64,000 nt of DNA from Sphagnum compactum (GCA_965153455.1 OZ234493.1:27456213-27520212); one strand, 5' to 3'. Counted from the stretch's first letter, positions 29,401 through 44,160 are shown. The notes: a model not told the origin generated them from the letters alone. Numbers and translations: made by a program.

Positions 29401-32368
29401 ATTAGTCAAAAAATAACTCATTATTGATTCATCTTGATTAGAAAAAGTTTTATATGGGAAATTCTTTGTTTATAAAATTAGTGTTGTAAAATATTAAAAT
29501 CCTCCACACAAACAAATAAAACAAAATATCAGAAATACACATAAAAGAATATTGGAATTTTTGTACCATTCCCCTCTGCCACAATTTTGCACCAATCATG
29601 GATTCCACAAGTAGCAAGAGAACATGTGAGCTTTGAGCTTCCTATTGCAATCTATTGAAATGATGGAAATACCCATCCATTCAAGTTTTCCCTTCTCTCA
29701 AGCTCCTCACCCCCACTGAATTCTGTGAAACCCCTCGCCCACCCCTTTTACAATTGTATGACTTTTTTGGTTGTTAGTTTGGTTGGTTTTCTATGTTATT
29801 TTGGAGTTGCACATTTGGTTTTTGTGTGTGTGAGTTTGGATTTGCGCAAATTTTCTTTGTGTGTGTGTGTGTGTGATATTTGATTTAAATATTGTATGAT
29901 TTCATAGTGGCATTTGACTTGAATTAATTCTAATTTGCATTTGAAATGTCATTTGAACATTGTATATATTAAGTGCTTTTGAATTTCTGTTTTGGTCCTA
30001 GATTAATTGAAGGTTTATAGAAATTCAGGATATACAAAAGAATTGAGTTATCCAATTTTTAGAACTTTCAATTTCAATATCTTTTTGTTTTTTTTCTTCG
30101 ATTAGTATAACTTGACCTGATGCCTTGATTCTTATATTACATGATACAATGATTGTATGCAGTATTCTTTTTTTCAATTTTGTGATTGTCTTAAAACTTT
30201 GCTGATTTTTTCCATTTTTTCAAATTTACAATAAAAGAACAAACATCTCCAATTTTTTTAAAGCCGTAGTGCAAAAATTTGCCAAAAAACATATGACAGA
30301 AACATCCATTTGATTGGAATTTTATTTACATAAATAAATTGTCATTTGAATATTGTCTTGTTTTGCATTTTGGAATTTTTGTCTTAGAAAAAAGTAAAGT
30401 TTCATGGTTTATACTACTTATTGAACACAATACTTTTTTGCCAGTCCTATATTGAAAATTTTACTTGAATTAATTAATCATGTTTTTCATCATATGTGGG
30501 GAAGTTGGATAAATGCGAGTTGCAAGAAAATCTTTAAATGAAAAGATTTGATAAGAAAGAGAATGTTAAAGAAAATTAAAAAACAGAAAAATCTATTCTG
30601 GGTACTTATTTCTGTTTTATATTGATTAGTTGAGGGTGCCTCACAAGTCCATCTTTTTTTTTTTTGGGGGGGCAAAGAGCCAACTTGATTGGCCCATGGC
30701 AAAAAAAAGTTGAAACAATGGAAGCTCCCCAAAATAGAAGATTCTATGGAAAGTTGGAGTGCCTAGGGCCCACCCCTTTGGTCCACCACTATAGGTGAGA
30801 AGGGGAGGACTTCAGGCAAAACATATGGGATTAAAGTGAGGTACTATTGGGAACACCATTGGGGAACACATTGGGAACTTGAAAGGAACATGTTGGGAAC
30901 AAAAGAAACCACTGCAGCAGATGTGGGAAAATAGTACATATAATATTTCACTGCCTTAGAGCATCCCCACCGGTGCTCAGTACGTGACCCTGCACATTAA
31001 AATTGGATGAAGAAAAGTCAATTATACCGGTGTGGATCAGGAAAATGGGTTTTTCTCCTGCATATCTGCACACTTTGCTGAGGCTGGTAAAAACCGCAGC
31101 AACGCTATTCACCTGCTAGAGAAGAGTGTAATAAATATGATCTGACTGCTGCTCCCTATTTTTTGATTGGCCAATCATAATGAATGGTCCAGGTGGTTGG
31201 TTTGCTATTAGTAGTTTCCCACCTATTTGCAGTCCTTTGTTTCAGTTTTATGGGTGGGGTTGCAAAAAAGTAAATAACTAAACTTGGATGTGAGAAATAT
31301 TTTGGCAGGTTCACATATTGAGGCAGCGGTGGGGAAATAAAACCTCAAATAACTTAGGGTAGAATTGCCCATCGTCAATCACTATCTTATCATTGGTCAC
31401 TTTTTTAGATCTTCATCATCTGTGTTTCATTTTGAGTGATTTAAAATGTTATATATTGGGAGCACTCCCCCAAGCTGTAGAAATCATCTTTGAAGTGCAA
31501 ATGAAAAGGAGTAGTGAAAAAAATAGCAAGGAAAAAAAAAAACTTTCCAACCCACAAAACACATTATTTTTATTTTTTTTCTTCTCTTTGGATCCTTGGT
31601 ACTTTCAAGATTTCTAACTTTCTCATTTCTTGTTCATTTTAAATGATTTAAAGTGTTATAAGAGCGTCACCTTCAGTTCTACAAATCATCTTTGAATTTT
31701 CATAACAATAGAATAACATACAAGAATTTTTTTGAGTGATCACGTTTAAAGTTTTGTAATGTTCCATGGTATGTTGTTTTTTGAGTTCTTGACCTCCTCT
31801 ACATTGGGGGGCCGTAACTTTCAGTTTTAATCCGTTTTTGACAATTTTTACTATGCCAGATATGCCAATAGTAGGGGTTCAAGTGTTGTTTGGAGTCCAA
31901 AGACAGTAGAGCCCTCCTCTTAGATCTGGCTTGCCTTGAGCACTTAAGTGATGGTTCATGGGCTGTTCTATCCTAACCTTACAACCTAAGAAACAAAAGT
32001 AACTTACAACCTTGCAACATATAAAGCAAGAACATGAAGATAATGGTTCTAACCTTTTTTTATTCACAATAATCAAAGTTTGGGGAAGAGAAGAAAGTCG
32101 TTGGAAAGCCACGATTGCTTCCTAATCTCAACTTAAACCCTAATTTCCTTCAACAATTAATAATCTTAAAAACCTAACTTGGGTAAGGAGACTTATTTCA
32201 CCCGGGTCTCAATATTTTAAACCTTTTTTTCATCATTCAATTTTCACAAAAGTGAAAATTAAAAATCAAGGTTTCAATCAGGGTATCATTAAATGTGATA
32301 CCTTAAGAGGTTTAGATATGCATACCCAAATGATGCCCAAAAATATTTTTGATACTCACCCAACATTG
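26440..32368 (-). mobile_element. Decayed hAT DNA transposon with TIRs and 8-bp TSD; contains nested repeats
   Basis: TIRs CAATGTTGGGTGGGTATC (26440-26457) and GATACTCACCCAACATTG (32351-32368), 17/18 inverted match; flanks AGGAGGAC / AATAGGAC (6/8). Minus-strand transposase remnants ~26850-29050: BED-finger-like CWGFY..MCCILC, NLPIQFVES, FNLWMSKG, YVKDE, FGHVFSKACQY, MLDPRLK. Confidence 0.88.
30620..30905 (-). repeat. Dispersed repeat family copy (GGGAAC/GTTCCC-rich)
   Basis: Reverse-complement similarity to 62440-62745 and 62860-63165 (GATTGGCCC, CCCCAAAATAGAAG, TATAGGTGA, CATATGGGAT..AAGTGAGGT..TATTGGGAAC). Confidence 0.75.
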
Positions 32369-32589
32369 AATAGGACCTGAGATAATACCAACTCCATACC
32401 AAAGGCTTATATCAAACTCAATACCATGTATATACTTATTCCATACCAACCAAAAATCAACCTCAAACCCTAAAAAGAAAACATTATTCCAAATATTTGC
32501 GGAATCTGTTTGTTTTCTTTCTGTTTGTCGAATTCCGGGATGCGATTCCAATGGATAATAATCTCCGTGCACTTCTCATGTTTGGGGAC

Positions 32590-32695
32590 AGGATGGAAAA
32601 CATCCACCCCCCCCTATGAAGTTTGTGGGTATGACATTGCAATAGGATGGAAAACATCCACCCCCCCTATGAAGTTTGTGGGTATGACATTGCAA
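32590..32695. repeat. Two-copy ~54-bp tandem duplication
   Basis: AGGATGGAAAACATCCACCCCCCCTATGAAGTTTGTGGGTATGACATTGCAA twice. Confidence 0.9.
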
Positions 32696-35600
32696 CATAA
32701 CTTTTTGTCGTGTTCCGGAATGAAAGAGGACAAATAGTTTCAAGAAACATGATAAAGTCATAACCTTGTAACATATGTGTAGAACTGATTTGTCCAAAAG
32801 ACAAAAGAATTTGGGCTTCAAATCCTCGGCATATTCTTTCTTCCTTTAGAAGATCAAAACTTGACTTGGGTTTGAACCTCTAGGTTAAGGCATGGTCGTT
32901 CCAAAAAAAATAAGGGGTCCATGGTTTTTTTCCTTTCAATTTTGTGATGTAGTCCTAAAGCCCTAAACCCTAAATCCACCCACCTAAGTAGTTGATATAG
33001 AGGTATTCTTGTATTGCTAGGGGTATTATGCACTATTGGGAACAACACATTTTGATTTAATTTGACAAATATATAAATTGCATTGGTGAATTAGCTCATG
33101 TATATGACATAATGAACTAAATGTCTTTAGTGGGTTTTTCTCTTGTGACTTTTGTTATTGTATCCTTTGTGACACTTTCCATTTTCCTTTGAATAGAGAG
33201 TTATTTCCGGCTTTTTTTCAAAACCCTAAACCCTGCACCCCCAAGACATGAAACATATGTTTGTCAAATACTAATTAATTTTGAAATTTCCAGGATGAAA
33301 ATTAGAAGTTCACAAAATTTTCAAAAGATTCTTTTTTTTTCTCTCTTAAAGAAATTTTTCCAAAAATTTCAACATTTTTCAAAATAATAAATTTAATTTT
33401 GAAGCTACCAGCGTAGTATGGTATTACTTCAAATCATGCATTGGCTGCCCACATATCAATAAGAATATGTTTAATCCAATGGCCATCACACCTCATTGCA
33501 CCGCTCTTTTTAGAGTTTGACCATGATCGTAATAACCTCTAAAGGTTCAAGAACCATTGCAAGACTTCTTCATCATCCTCTATTGTTCTAGTGTTGAGAG
33601 CCATTGGCAATGTTTTGTTGGTGCAATGTCTACAAGGTGCAAGGCGAACAAAGACAATGTTCAAAGAGTGAGTTACTTGTTAGATCACTCCAATATAGAA
33701 ACCACAAATCCCTTAACCAGCTTCTCCAACTAGTTCACTCTCAAATTGTTGTATTGTCTATCAATTTCTCTCACAAGGAATCATGTTAATGAAATGTTGG
33801 ATTGTGTATCAATAGGAATTTAAACTCTTGTGAAGCAAATTGCACTAAAGGAGAATCGGATTGTCAAAAATTATGGCAAAAAATTCACACCCTAGTATCA
33901 AATGTGTGTTCAAGCCATGCATGATTCTTGCACTTATTTCATCTAGCCATGCCTTGTTTTGAATGTGGCAAAAGACATGGTGTTGCTTTGCTCAATAACC
34001 AAAATGTAGCAAAAAGAACCATGGTCACTCATGAGTAGGAATTTCTATTCTACCCAGCCAATGAGGTGAGGCAGCATGCAACCAAGGGACCCAATTTTTT
34101 TTCCTTGAGGAGCCCAAGTCTGTGTTTGTGAAATTTTTGGAGCTTGGTGTTCTCGATGCATATGGTTTCCCAATGTGTTGCCCGTAAGTTCTCATTGTGT
34201 TCCCAATGTTGTGTTTTTCAAGTTGTCCCAATAGTATCACACTTTTCTCTTTTATACTTTGCCCAAAGTTGTGCTCCGTAAACTATATGGTCATGACGAA
34301 AAGAAAGACGATCAATATTTTATTTTGGGAATATATTCAAAGTGAGAAATTCTTTTTTAGGTGGTGGGTCAATTAAAAAAATAGCAAAAAAGCCCATCAC
34401 CAAAAATAATTAATTAATTAATTAAAAAAGAAACTTTGTGTGTGGGATGTTGTGGGGATGTGGATGATGCCTCGAATCAAATCTTCCATCCAGATAGAGA
34501 TTTCTGAACCGAGAATCAATCATTGATATATGCAGATGTACGTGGGAAATATATGATTTGTGAACCCAAAAACTTGTGAACTTTATTGTTCATACTTGTA
34601 TTAAGGGGGTGGCCCCACATTTTTATTTTGGGTCTCAGAAGGAGCTATTTGATTGGCCCATCACCAATATTTTTATTACATGGGGCCTAAGTATAGTAGC
34701 CTAAGTATGCTTCCATCCCCAAAATAGAAGCATGCTACATGGGGCTTCCCTTTGCACACCCCCCTCCCCCCCCCCCCTTTCCTTCAAAGTGCCCATCCTT
34801 TGTTTTCCCCCTCTGTGATAGACACCAAGGGTGCACTTATTTTGGGTCTGCCCCACTCCAAGGGTAGTTTCTAATTTTAGAGCAAAATTTGGTAGTTTTG
34901 CTCTAATTTTTTAAAAAACCCTTGGCATGAATAACCTTTTTGGTAGTTTCTACAACAAAGAAGACAGATACCAGCAAAAACAATTATACCAAAGCCCCCA
35001 AAAAAAGAAAAGAAAAGAAAAGAAGCTTGTTTTCAGGGTTTAGAGTTTTAGGGTTTAGGGTTTGTGATATTCAATTAAAGGAATTGATTCCAGCTGTGCA
35101 TAACAATCTCAAGGAAGAACAAGCTTGGTTAATAATGTAGTCGGCTGAGCTCTAAATTTGCTATTAAAAAAAATAGGCCAATAGTATAGGCCTTGGGTGT
35201 GCCTAGTTACCTTGTACTAACTTAACACCAATCCTGATTTTTTCCTTGAGATTTTTTATTTAAAAAAGAAAAAGAAAACCCAGCCCCCAAAAAAGAAAAA
35301 AAATTCACAATCAATAGGACAAAAGGAATGGAATTTTCTGGTGATGTTTCCTAGTGAGGTTATTACTCAACTCACCTGGTGTTTAGTGGTGGGTGGGAAT
35401 TGGACTCCTAGAAAGTGTGTTTTGTGAGGGAAAAAAGGACCCCCAGAAAAAACAAACCCAAAGTTTTATGAATGAATAATAACAAAGTGAATTTTGGTGG
35501 TAAGTTAAAGTAAAGGACATGTCCAAAGATGTTGATCTGGAAAGAAGAGAGAGAGACAGAGAGAGAAAAAGTGTGTGTGAGAGTAGAGGGTTGGGAGAAG

Positions 35601-36104
35601 AGTAGGTAGAGGGTGGTGAGAATTCCATAGAAGTCATAAGCTCAAGTAGGTATGTGGGAGTAGTTTTTGCAAATTCTTTGAGCACTTGTTCAGGAGAATG
35701 TTTGTCTCAAAGATTTAGTTTTTAGGGTCACAAACAAAGCTTGCTTTGTGTGTTTTACAAGCTCTGGACATCCCTCCTAATCACCTTTTGGGTAAACTCC
35801 AAAAGGCTTGCTAGATTTAAGGAGAGACTGACCCAAGCACTCAAGAAAGATCTCATTCTTGCATCATCATCACCCGCAAAAACTGGGTAAAGAGAGAGAG
35901 ACACAGAGAGAGTTGACCTTCAATCTCATTTCCCAAGCTTTGAGCTTTGAGATATCTTCCCTGGAAAAACATCCATAGTTGTTTTGAGAGAAAGATTGAG
36001 CTTTACATTTAGGTGAGATCCAGCTTCAGATTGTGTCTTAGAAAGAGAGAGAGATCTCTTTGAGTGGGTTTTATGGTAGTAAAGAATTGGTGAGGTGAGA
36101 GGAG

Positions 36105-38173
36105 ATGGGGAAAGGAACAGGATGTATTGGAAGCAAGGGTCTTCTATCCAAGAAGAAAGCCCCAACTGAGAATGCAGGGGGGTTTCCCTCCACCACCACA
36201 GCAGCAGCACCAGCTACTGCAACAACTCCCAACACCCAGGAGCAGCAGCAGGAGGAGGAGGAGGCCAAAACCAACAACTCAGACGTGCAGCTTGAAGAAG
36301 AAAAACCAGTAGCTTCTTCAACTCCAGCTCAACCCACTGAAGAAGTGGCAGCATCCTTGAACCCAACAACCCACAAAGTCAAACTCTTCATTGTGTGAGT
36401 TTGTTCTTCCTGATGAGTTGTTAAATTCTTGCAGAGGATTTGAGCTTGATTTTCAGTTCTAGTTTCTCCACCCAGATCTGCTGTCAGTTTGCTCCTGACT
36501 ACTTGACTCAGTGTGAGATTCTAGGATTTTCTAGAGCTTCTTCTGTAACCTAACCTCCTCCTCCTCCTCCTCCTCCACCCATAGTTCCAAAAAAGTTTTT
36601 GGAACAGTTTGATTCTTGGGTTTTTATTTTCTAATTTCGTAATCTGTAGACATAACTTCAGCATCTTAGCACAAAAGTGAATCCATTTGTTGCCTCAATC
36701 AGTAGGTACACTACACATCAGTGGTGATATGTTATCTAGGGTTGTCCCCAACCTGAACATATGGCTTTCTCCATGGCTTTGGCCTAGATGCTTGGTTGCT
36801 GGCTTGCTAAAATGAAATGAACCTTCACCTGACAAGCTTGTTGCAACTTGAATGATGGATATGATTATGGCCTTGAAAATGAGGATATGATTGTCACCGC
36901 TGCGAGTGCTAGCCCAAAGATACCCGATAGTTATGAGGGTTTACGAAGTCAGGAAATCTTTTAATGTATATATATATTGTACCCTAATTTTCTTGACCAT
37001 AACTTTGTGTATACTTACTTATTGTACAGCCTCAGGGGTGTAAATCTTGGGCACCCAATGCCCAAACACAGTTTTTTTCCTCGTAGTTATGAGAGTTTGA
37101 AGAGTTGGGAAATTTTTTTGAACAATTTTTTTTGGGCCCCAAGTTCTGACCATTATCATTGTATATACATATCTACTGAAACTAAGAAATTTCTGTCGTG
37201 GGTTTCAGAGCATGGCTAATTTTGTTGCCTTATTGAGTCATACGAGCTTTCATTCGATGATGACAATGGAGGGTTGTGAAAATTCATTCACAGAAGATAA
37301 CTAGAAATAATTTGAATGTAATTTCTTTGCCAGGGAATTTTGTATTCTTTCACATGCTTTTTGATTTTTGGGCATCTCACAGGTACTACTCCATGTATGA
37401 CCATGTGCTCTCATTGGCCAAGAAAGTAAAAGAGGGAGCAGATTCGGTGGAAGGAGTGGAGGCCGTGCTTTACCAAGTCCCAGAAACCCTATCGCCTGAA
37501 GTGCTTGAGAAAATGAGTGCACCAGCCAAAGATAAATCCATTCCCATCATATCACCAGCAGAATTGGCAGATGCAGATGGAATTATATTCGGTTTTCCTA
37601 CTCGATACGGCTCCATGTCTGCTCAAATGAAAGCCTTCTTCGATAGCACTGGTGCCCTTTGGCGAACTCAGGCGCTTGTTGGCAAGCCAGCTGGAATTTT
37701 TACCAGCACAGGCAGTCAAGGTGGCGGTCAGGAGACGACTGCGTAAGAAGAAACACCCAAGAAACTTCCCCTTCTTATTTCATTTCAAGTTGAAATTTTG
37801 TTGAAGAACACTTGGGTTGTTACTGATTTTATTAATTATTAATTATCTTATCTTATTTTTATTTTTGCTTCAAAATTTTGGAAATCTTTGCAATGTTGCT
37901 TCTTCACTCATGTCACATGGGATTTGTCTCAAATGGGGCAGGTGGACGGCAATCACGCAGCTCTCACACCATGGAATGCTTTTTGTGCCTATTGGCTATA
38001 CATTTGGTGCAGATATGTTCTCATTGGAACAGCCTCGTGGTGGATCACCATATGGAGCTGGAACATTTGCTGGTGATGGTACCAAAACTCCCACTGACAC
38101 AGAACTTGCTCTTGCTGAGCACCAGGGCCGATACACTGCTGCTATCGCCAAGAAACTTGTCAGTAACAATTGA
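36105..38173 (+). CDS. Flavodoxin-like NAD(P)H dehydrogenase (quinone), WrbA/FQR1 family, FQR1-like-2 type with N-terminal extension
   Basis: Exons 36105-36394, 37383-37742, 37942-38173 (GT-AG, phases consistent). Motifs KLFIVYYSMYDHV, QVPETL, ELADADGIIFGFPTRYGSMSAQMKAFFDSTG, KPAGIFTSTGSQGGGQETTA, HHGMLFVPIGY, RGGSPYGAGTFAGDG; N-terminus MGKGTGC. Confidence 0.96.
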
Positions 38174-41100
38174 AGCACCAAAAGAGTTTAGTAATAAACA
38201 CCCACCCAAATGTGCCTTTTTATTTTTCCCCCTTCCTCAATTGCCAAAGCAAAACTTGGTCTCTCTTGTCAATTCATATGTGAAATCCCCTAAAAACCAT
38301 CATATCTCTTGCTCCTCTTAAGTCTCAAGCTCCGTTCCTTGTGTGAAGAGAATTGTAGATTACTTGCTTGCTTGCTCTTACCCTTTAGCTTATTGCTTGC
38401 ACCTGAAAACTGTTCTCATGAACCCCGATGTGGAAAACCAGCATAAAAGCAGTGTGTAAGCCCTCCTCCTCCTTGTAGAATTTTTCTAGTTTGTTTACCT
38501 GATTCAACGATCAACATCTGTACTTATCCGAACTAAGTAAATCTATTGTTCCTGCTTCTTACTTAATGTGCAATGTTTGATTGAGTGTTGTATTCATTCG
38601 CATCTCCTTATTGATGATATAGTCTGCGGCTCTCCATGGGCTCCTCAGAATTGAAATGACAATGTTCCTGGGACTCCTAAAATTGCTCTCCTTCTCATAT
38701 ATTCACTTGGGATCACAAATTCGTGTATTTGGTGCAATTGTGTATCATAAAGTGCATGTGAACAATGTGGGATTGTGCATGACACATAGCCTTCCAACAG
38801 GGGCCTTCTGTTGCAATCCCCCCTCCCATGTAACCCTAAACCTTAAACCCTAAAGCTTGAGTCTTGAACATTTTCATGGAGCTCTTTGGAAAACATGCAC
38901 AGATTTGGTGGGGGGGCTTTTGAATTTGTCAGGTTTATGAAACATTTGGGATTTTCTCTATTGCTGAGTTAACAATTCAGCTGTGTTTTGCATGCTTGCC
39001 GCCTAGTGTTATAGTGAAAAAAATTCTAGATAACCTTAAAAGCTGATTAGGGTGGGTTTGGGGACCAACCCATTTGGGAGCTTTTTGGTTTTTTTACTTA
39101 GTAGATGTCCAAATTGGTTTGCAAATTCAATGGTTTTTTGAGGAAAAAAAAAAATTGTCAAAATTAGAAAAGAATTCAAAGAATGTAAAAAAGTCACCAG
39201 AGTTCTACACTTGGTTCAAGTTTCCTTTCATATTTTGTTAATAGGTAGCCAAATTTGGCTGAATCAGTTTATGGATGGTTGCCACCTTGGCTACATCACA
39301 AATTGAGAGAAAACCATTGCCAAGGGACAGGGCTATTTCACAAACCCTGAATATTTGTGTATAAATTTTTACATTAATATTATATCCCTTTATCAGACGG
39401 AGTTAACAAAACTTTCAATGGCACTTAACTGGGATTGAACCAACAGCAAATGTTGCACCAAGGGTCGATGGATGGCAGTTGGACAGTAACAAATGCTTTT
39501 TTTCATCCGGTTTCATGAAAACTTTAAACCCTAAATCTTAAACCTTAGCTAATCACCATGGTTAGCTCAGCCTCCATTTTTACCACCTCCATGCTCACAA
39601 GTTCACAACCCACTACAGGCTAGCGCTTCATGCCTTCTACTTGAAATCACATGCAAGCGTTGGACTGGTATTGAGCTTTGAACATACTAAATTGGTCTTA
39701 TTACATGTTAGGAGGGTAAGTTTACACACATTTACTTGATGTGTAAAAATTGGGTAAGTGTAAATGATTTACGTTCATTTCAATTTTTTTGACATTTACA
39801 TTTACCTTGTTTGTCATGTAAATATTTTTCACATTTACATGGGAAAATGTTTTAAAACTTAATTACATCTACATGGGCTTGTGTAAATATTTTTGGTAAG
39901 GTAAGTGTATATATCAAATACCCTTAACAATTACATTGTTTTGAAATTCACATTAATTAGTTGTGGTTAAAAGGATCCCAAAGCTTACAAGCCCACACTT
40001 TTGGGCAAAGGATATGGGTTAAACCATGGTGCTATTGGGGAATATTTTGGGTGGATATATATTCTATTACACTAGGAGAAAAATTTATCAACCAATTTTC
40101 AATTGCATGTCATCTTTGACTTCATTTCAATTACATAATTGTATTTATTTCTATAATTTCCATGTGGATGGCTTGGCATCTCAAATAAGTCAAATTGTTG
40201 ACTTATTTGGTAGGTGGATGATGTTGAGCATGGAAGAGGTCTAACCTTTGAAATATTTTATGACACAAAAAATAATCTAATTGAAATATAATTCAGAAGT
40301 CCATTTTTTAGTGACAGACCATGCCACAACATGTTGACCAATTTGACTAATCTAGTGGACTTTGTTTATGAATGGATGAAATATTGCATATGTTTTTCAT
40401 TGTACTTCAATTTTAATGCAATTTTTTTTCAATTATATTGGGATTTTGTTACAACTATGTTGCGACTAGTTTCCAACTTTATTAGAAATTTGTTACACAT
40501 TTGCCAAAGTTTGTAACTTTCATTATAATGCTTTGCTATTGGACATCCTAAGTGGACTACAAATTGTGCACCATAATATTTAGGAGTAAGACAACATACA
40601 CATCTTGGTATGAGGTCATTGTGAATGCTATTACAATGACTAAAAAATGTCCAACAAAAAGCTCACATGCCCTTACTTTGCAAAGTATTTGTGAATAGGG
40701 TGTAGGTAAGGGCAAATAGGAAAGTAAATAATAGGTTAGTAAGTAGGTTACATACCCACTGAAAATGTAGGTAAGGTCCAAGTAAGGTAGATAATAGGTA
40801 GCCTTTCTACCTACTAATCTTACATATTACCTATCGACTTACCTACGTAATTTACACTCTATTACAATATATTACTTACCTACCTAACTATAACAAACTT
40901 ACTATTTACCTACCTAGGTTAAACTAGGTAGGGTAACTAGTTAGTTAAACTAAGGTAGCTAACTAGGCAAGGCAAGTTAGCCTAGCTTAACAAGGGCTTA
41001 ACTATGTTGGTGAACCTTGTATGTTGTTCAGGAGATGGCTTGGGAGATCAATGGACATATGAATGTTCATGGATAATTTGGCATATAGTATGGATGAATG

Positions 41101-44100
41101 AATGTTCATGGGTAATGTGACACATAATATGGATGAATGTATGATATGACATATAACAATGGTGGTAGGAACTTCAAATTTTGAATTGCATTTGTTGAAT
41201 TTAAAAACTAGTTGGAACTATGTCAACATGCATAATTGAAAATTAATCAACATCCCAACTATAACCATGCAATGAGACTTCACCTTATATTACATTCCCA
41301 TTCAAACTTTGATCTTTCCCTTTGTTTTGGTTTGATTTTGTTTTTTGAACTACTCTTTCTTAAGCTCAACTTGTGTCTAAGTTTCAACCCATGAAATTTT
41401 CAATGTGTGAATTTCTTTAAGTGAGTGCACCTTGCATTTTATATGTGGGGAACTTCAAGTCTTTCACATTGGGGGTTCAAATTCTCATTATTAACTTATT
41501 TCTAATTGGTTTTAATTATTTCATTATGTTCAAGTTATTTTTTCGTGTTTTCAAATGTCGCATTCCTTTGAACTCTTTAGTTATTAGGCACATGAGGGCC
41601 AAACGGTGTCAAAACAAGTAAATGTGGATAACACGAGGAGCCAAGCTTATGGTGCTTTGAAGCCACCATCACACTTGACATGTTCACAATTGCAAATCTT
41701 CAAATATTCTTATCTTCTTTTTTAATTTTTTCCCTTTACCATGACATTATTTCTCCTATTCTTTATTTATCATGTTCTCCACCATCTTGCCTTTAGTTTT
41801 TTTCTCGACTAGGTTATTTTTTGAACTCATATTTGTTTAATTTTTTCTTCGTCATTTCAAGACCAATAACTTGGGTAGTGAGGAGACGAACTTATGAAGC
41901 TTTTCAACCATCAATGCATGTTAATAACATTCAAATAGGTAGGCAAAGGTTTTTGGTTATTCTTCAATCTTTTCACCATGTCTTTTATCTTTTATTTCCT
42001 TTTTTCCAAGCAATTGTTGCGATGTTGCAACCATTACAATATAATTTGATCATTTCAAAATTGTTTTATAAAATGCCAAAATCTGAAGTTCTATTTTGTT
42101 TAATTTTGAAACTATGGATTTGACTAGATTTCAACTATGTTTTGATGGGGTTTGATTAGATTTTTGACTTTGTGTCAATTATGTATAAGGTAAACTTAGA
42201 TGTGCACCATTTCTACCAATTATTTGGGTCTAATTTTTTCCCTCTTCCAAGGTTATAAAAATCATTGGCTTACTTATTTTTGACTATTAATTTCCAAATT
42301 TTTATTGATTTTCAATGCATTTGTAATTAATGTTATGTAGAGTGTAATATTTGGGGTGATGAATTGAACTACTTACCTTCCATCACTAATTAGTTGTGAG
42401 ACAATGGGATAGATCCTTGGGTGTTTGATCTACAATTAGGATCAATTACAATCTTGGTTTTCATTTTTTCATCTCTAATGAATAGACTCAAACCTAACAA
42501 GTAAATAAAATTTAAGTAAACCTTTAAACCCTAAACCCATAGTCAACTGTCCTTGTTTAAATATCTCTTCCAAGCAATAGATGGAAAGGACTTGTAGGAC
42601 TCTAAAAAAGCAATAGAGAAACACACATGAAGAGATACCATATATTTTGTTGCAAATCTATATGTTTATGTATGTTTACTTGGAGATGTGACAACTTGTC
42701 AATGTTAATTAAACTTTAAACTTTAAACTTAGGCCCAAATTATTTAAATGATATGGGAATCATGGGTGGGATTGGTAATGAGGCTCCAACAGTGCATTCA
42801 AGCTATTTGAGTAAGAAAAAAAAAGCTTTTAAAAACTAATCATGATTATTTGCACTTATGTTTATGCAAAGTGGCTATGTAGATGTGTAAATTGATGTAC
42901 TGTAACATGAAATTAGGTCGCCACGCCAGTGTGAACACTATCTGATCTTGGGATTTAAGTTTGCTTTATTAGCCGTTTTCTTTTTTTTGGCAGAAGTCTC
43001 TCCATTACTACTGCATGGGAGTGCATGGGGAGATCTCTCTCTGGGTGTGTGTGAGATGTTGTACAGGAAGGAATGCATGGCGGCTGCTACTGAATGAGCA
43101 TGAAGGCTGATCATGCGTGAGTGAGGCGGCACGGAATTATGGTGAGGAGTGGAGCTGCAATTATGAACTCAGGCGGTTGGAACGACGGCGGCGAGGCGGT
43201 TAGGGAGGTGCTGAAGAGTGGGGCTATGGAGGAGGCCCTCAATTTTTTTTCTTAGAAAAGTAGGCAGTAAAAGAGAGATTAGTGCAGAAGGTGATTGATG
43301 AATTGAAAGATGCGTAGGCAGAAAAGGAGTTCGGATCATTGACAGAGCTCTTGGCTGGTTACAGATTTTTCCGCTGCGCTAGTAGCTCAGCCAGGTAGTT
43401 GCATCTGTCTTCATAGAGCATGGTCCGAGAAGATGATAGAGTGGGCTTTGAAACCAAAAATCTGTGGAGTGTATTTGCATGAGAGCCAGATTCAGCGAGG
43501 GGTACTGGTAGGATTGAACTCAAATGCTTCTGTATTGGAGGTTTCTGAGTACAATTAAGCTTGTGAGCATACAGAACAGAAGACTTCAACAAAGAAGAGA
43601 ATCTGTGAGGTTGAGTTTGTTGCACTGTGTGAAGGAGCAGATTGGAGGTTTTTGGATTGAGTGAGTGCTGAGAGTCTCCGATCTGAAAGGTTATGCCTTT
43701 TCAGACGTCTGATCGGTAATGAACTTGCTAGAGGCCGAAAGTATGTGGTCCTTGGATTTTTTTTGTAAATAAAAGTACAAGTTTCAAGTTCTGTGATCAG
43801 GGCTGTGGAAGTCCATGAGCACAAGCTGTGTATGTGCAAAAGTTTCCAAGGTGTGCTCAGGCGAATGCTCGTGACTAGGAAGAAAGGATCAGGAGTTGAA
43901 GTTAGTTTCAGAACCTCAGAAACTGCAGATCGTGTGTAGACCCAACAGGTTGTAGGGTGATCGTTTAAGTTCAGCACCCTCCTTTTTGGTTACAGTATGT
44001 TTGTGGCGCCCTTTTTTCAGTCAAGGCTTCCGTTGTGTACATGGATATGTCCCTTGAACCCTAAAACATAAAATTTTCAAAACAAGCATATTAAAAAGGA

Positions 44101-44160
44101 TGTTAGTAAATTCGTATTTTTGTATAATCCTATTATTACAACACCCATGGAGGTCCAAAC

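Noticed and set aside
35035-35062. Telomere-like TTTAGGG repeats (also ~20678, ~38833, ~58147)
   Set aside because: Only two to four imperfect units; these are common interstitial telo-box motifs, not a telomere or fusion site
43376-43450. tRNA-like start GCGCTAGTAGCTCAGCCAGGTAG
   Set aside because: No T-arm GTTCRA/B-box and no complementary acceptor stem downstream
42940-43980. Higher-GC island with short ORFs
   Set aside because: Stops in all frames and no recognisable motif; it could be a lncRNA or pseudogene but this cannot be supported
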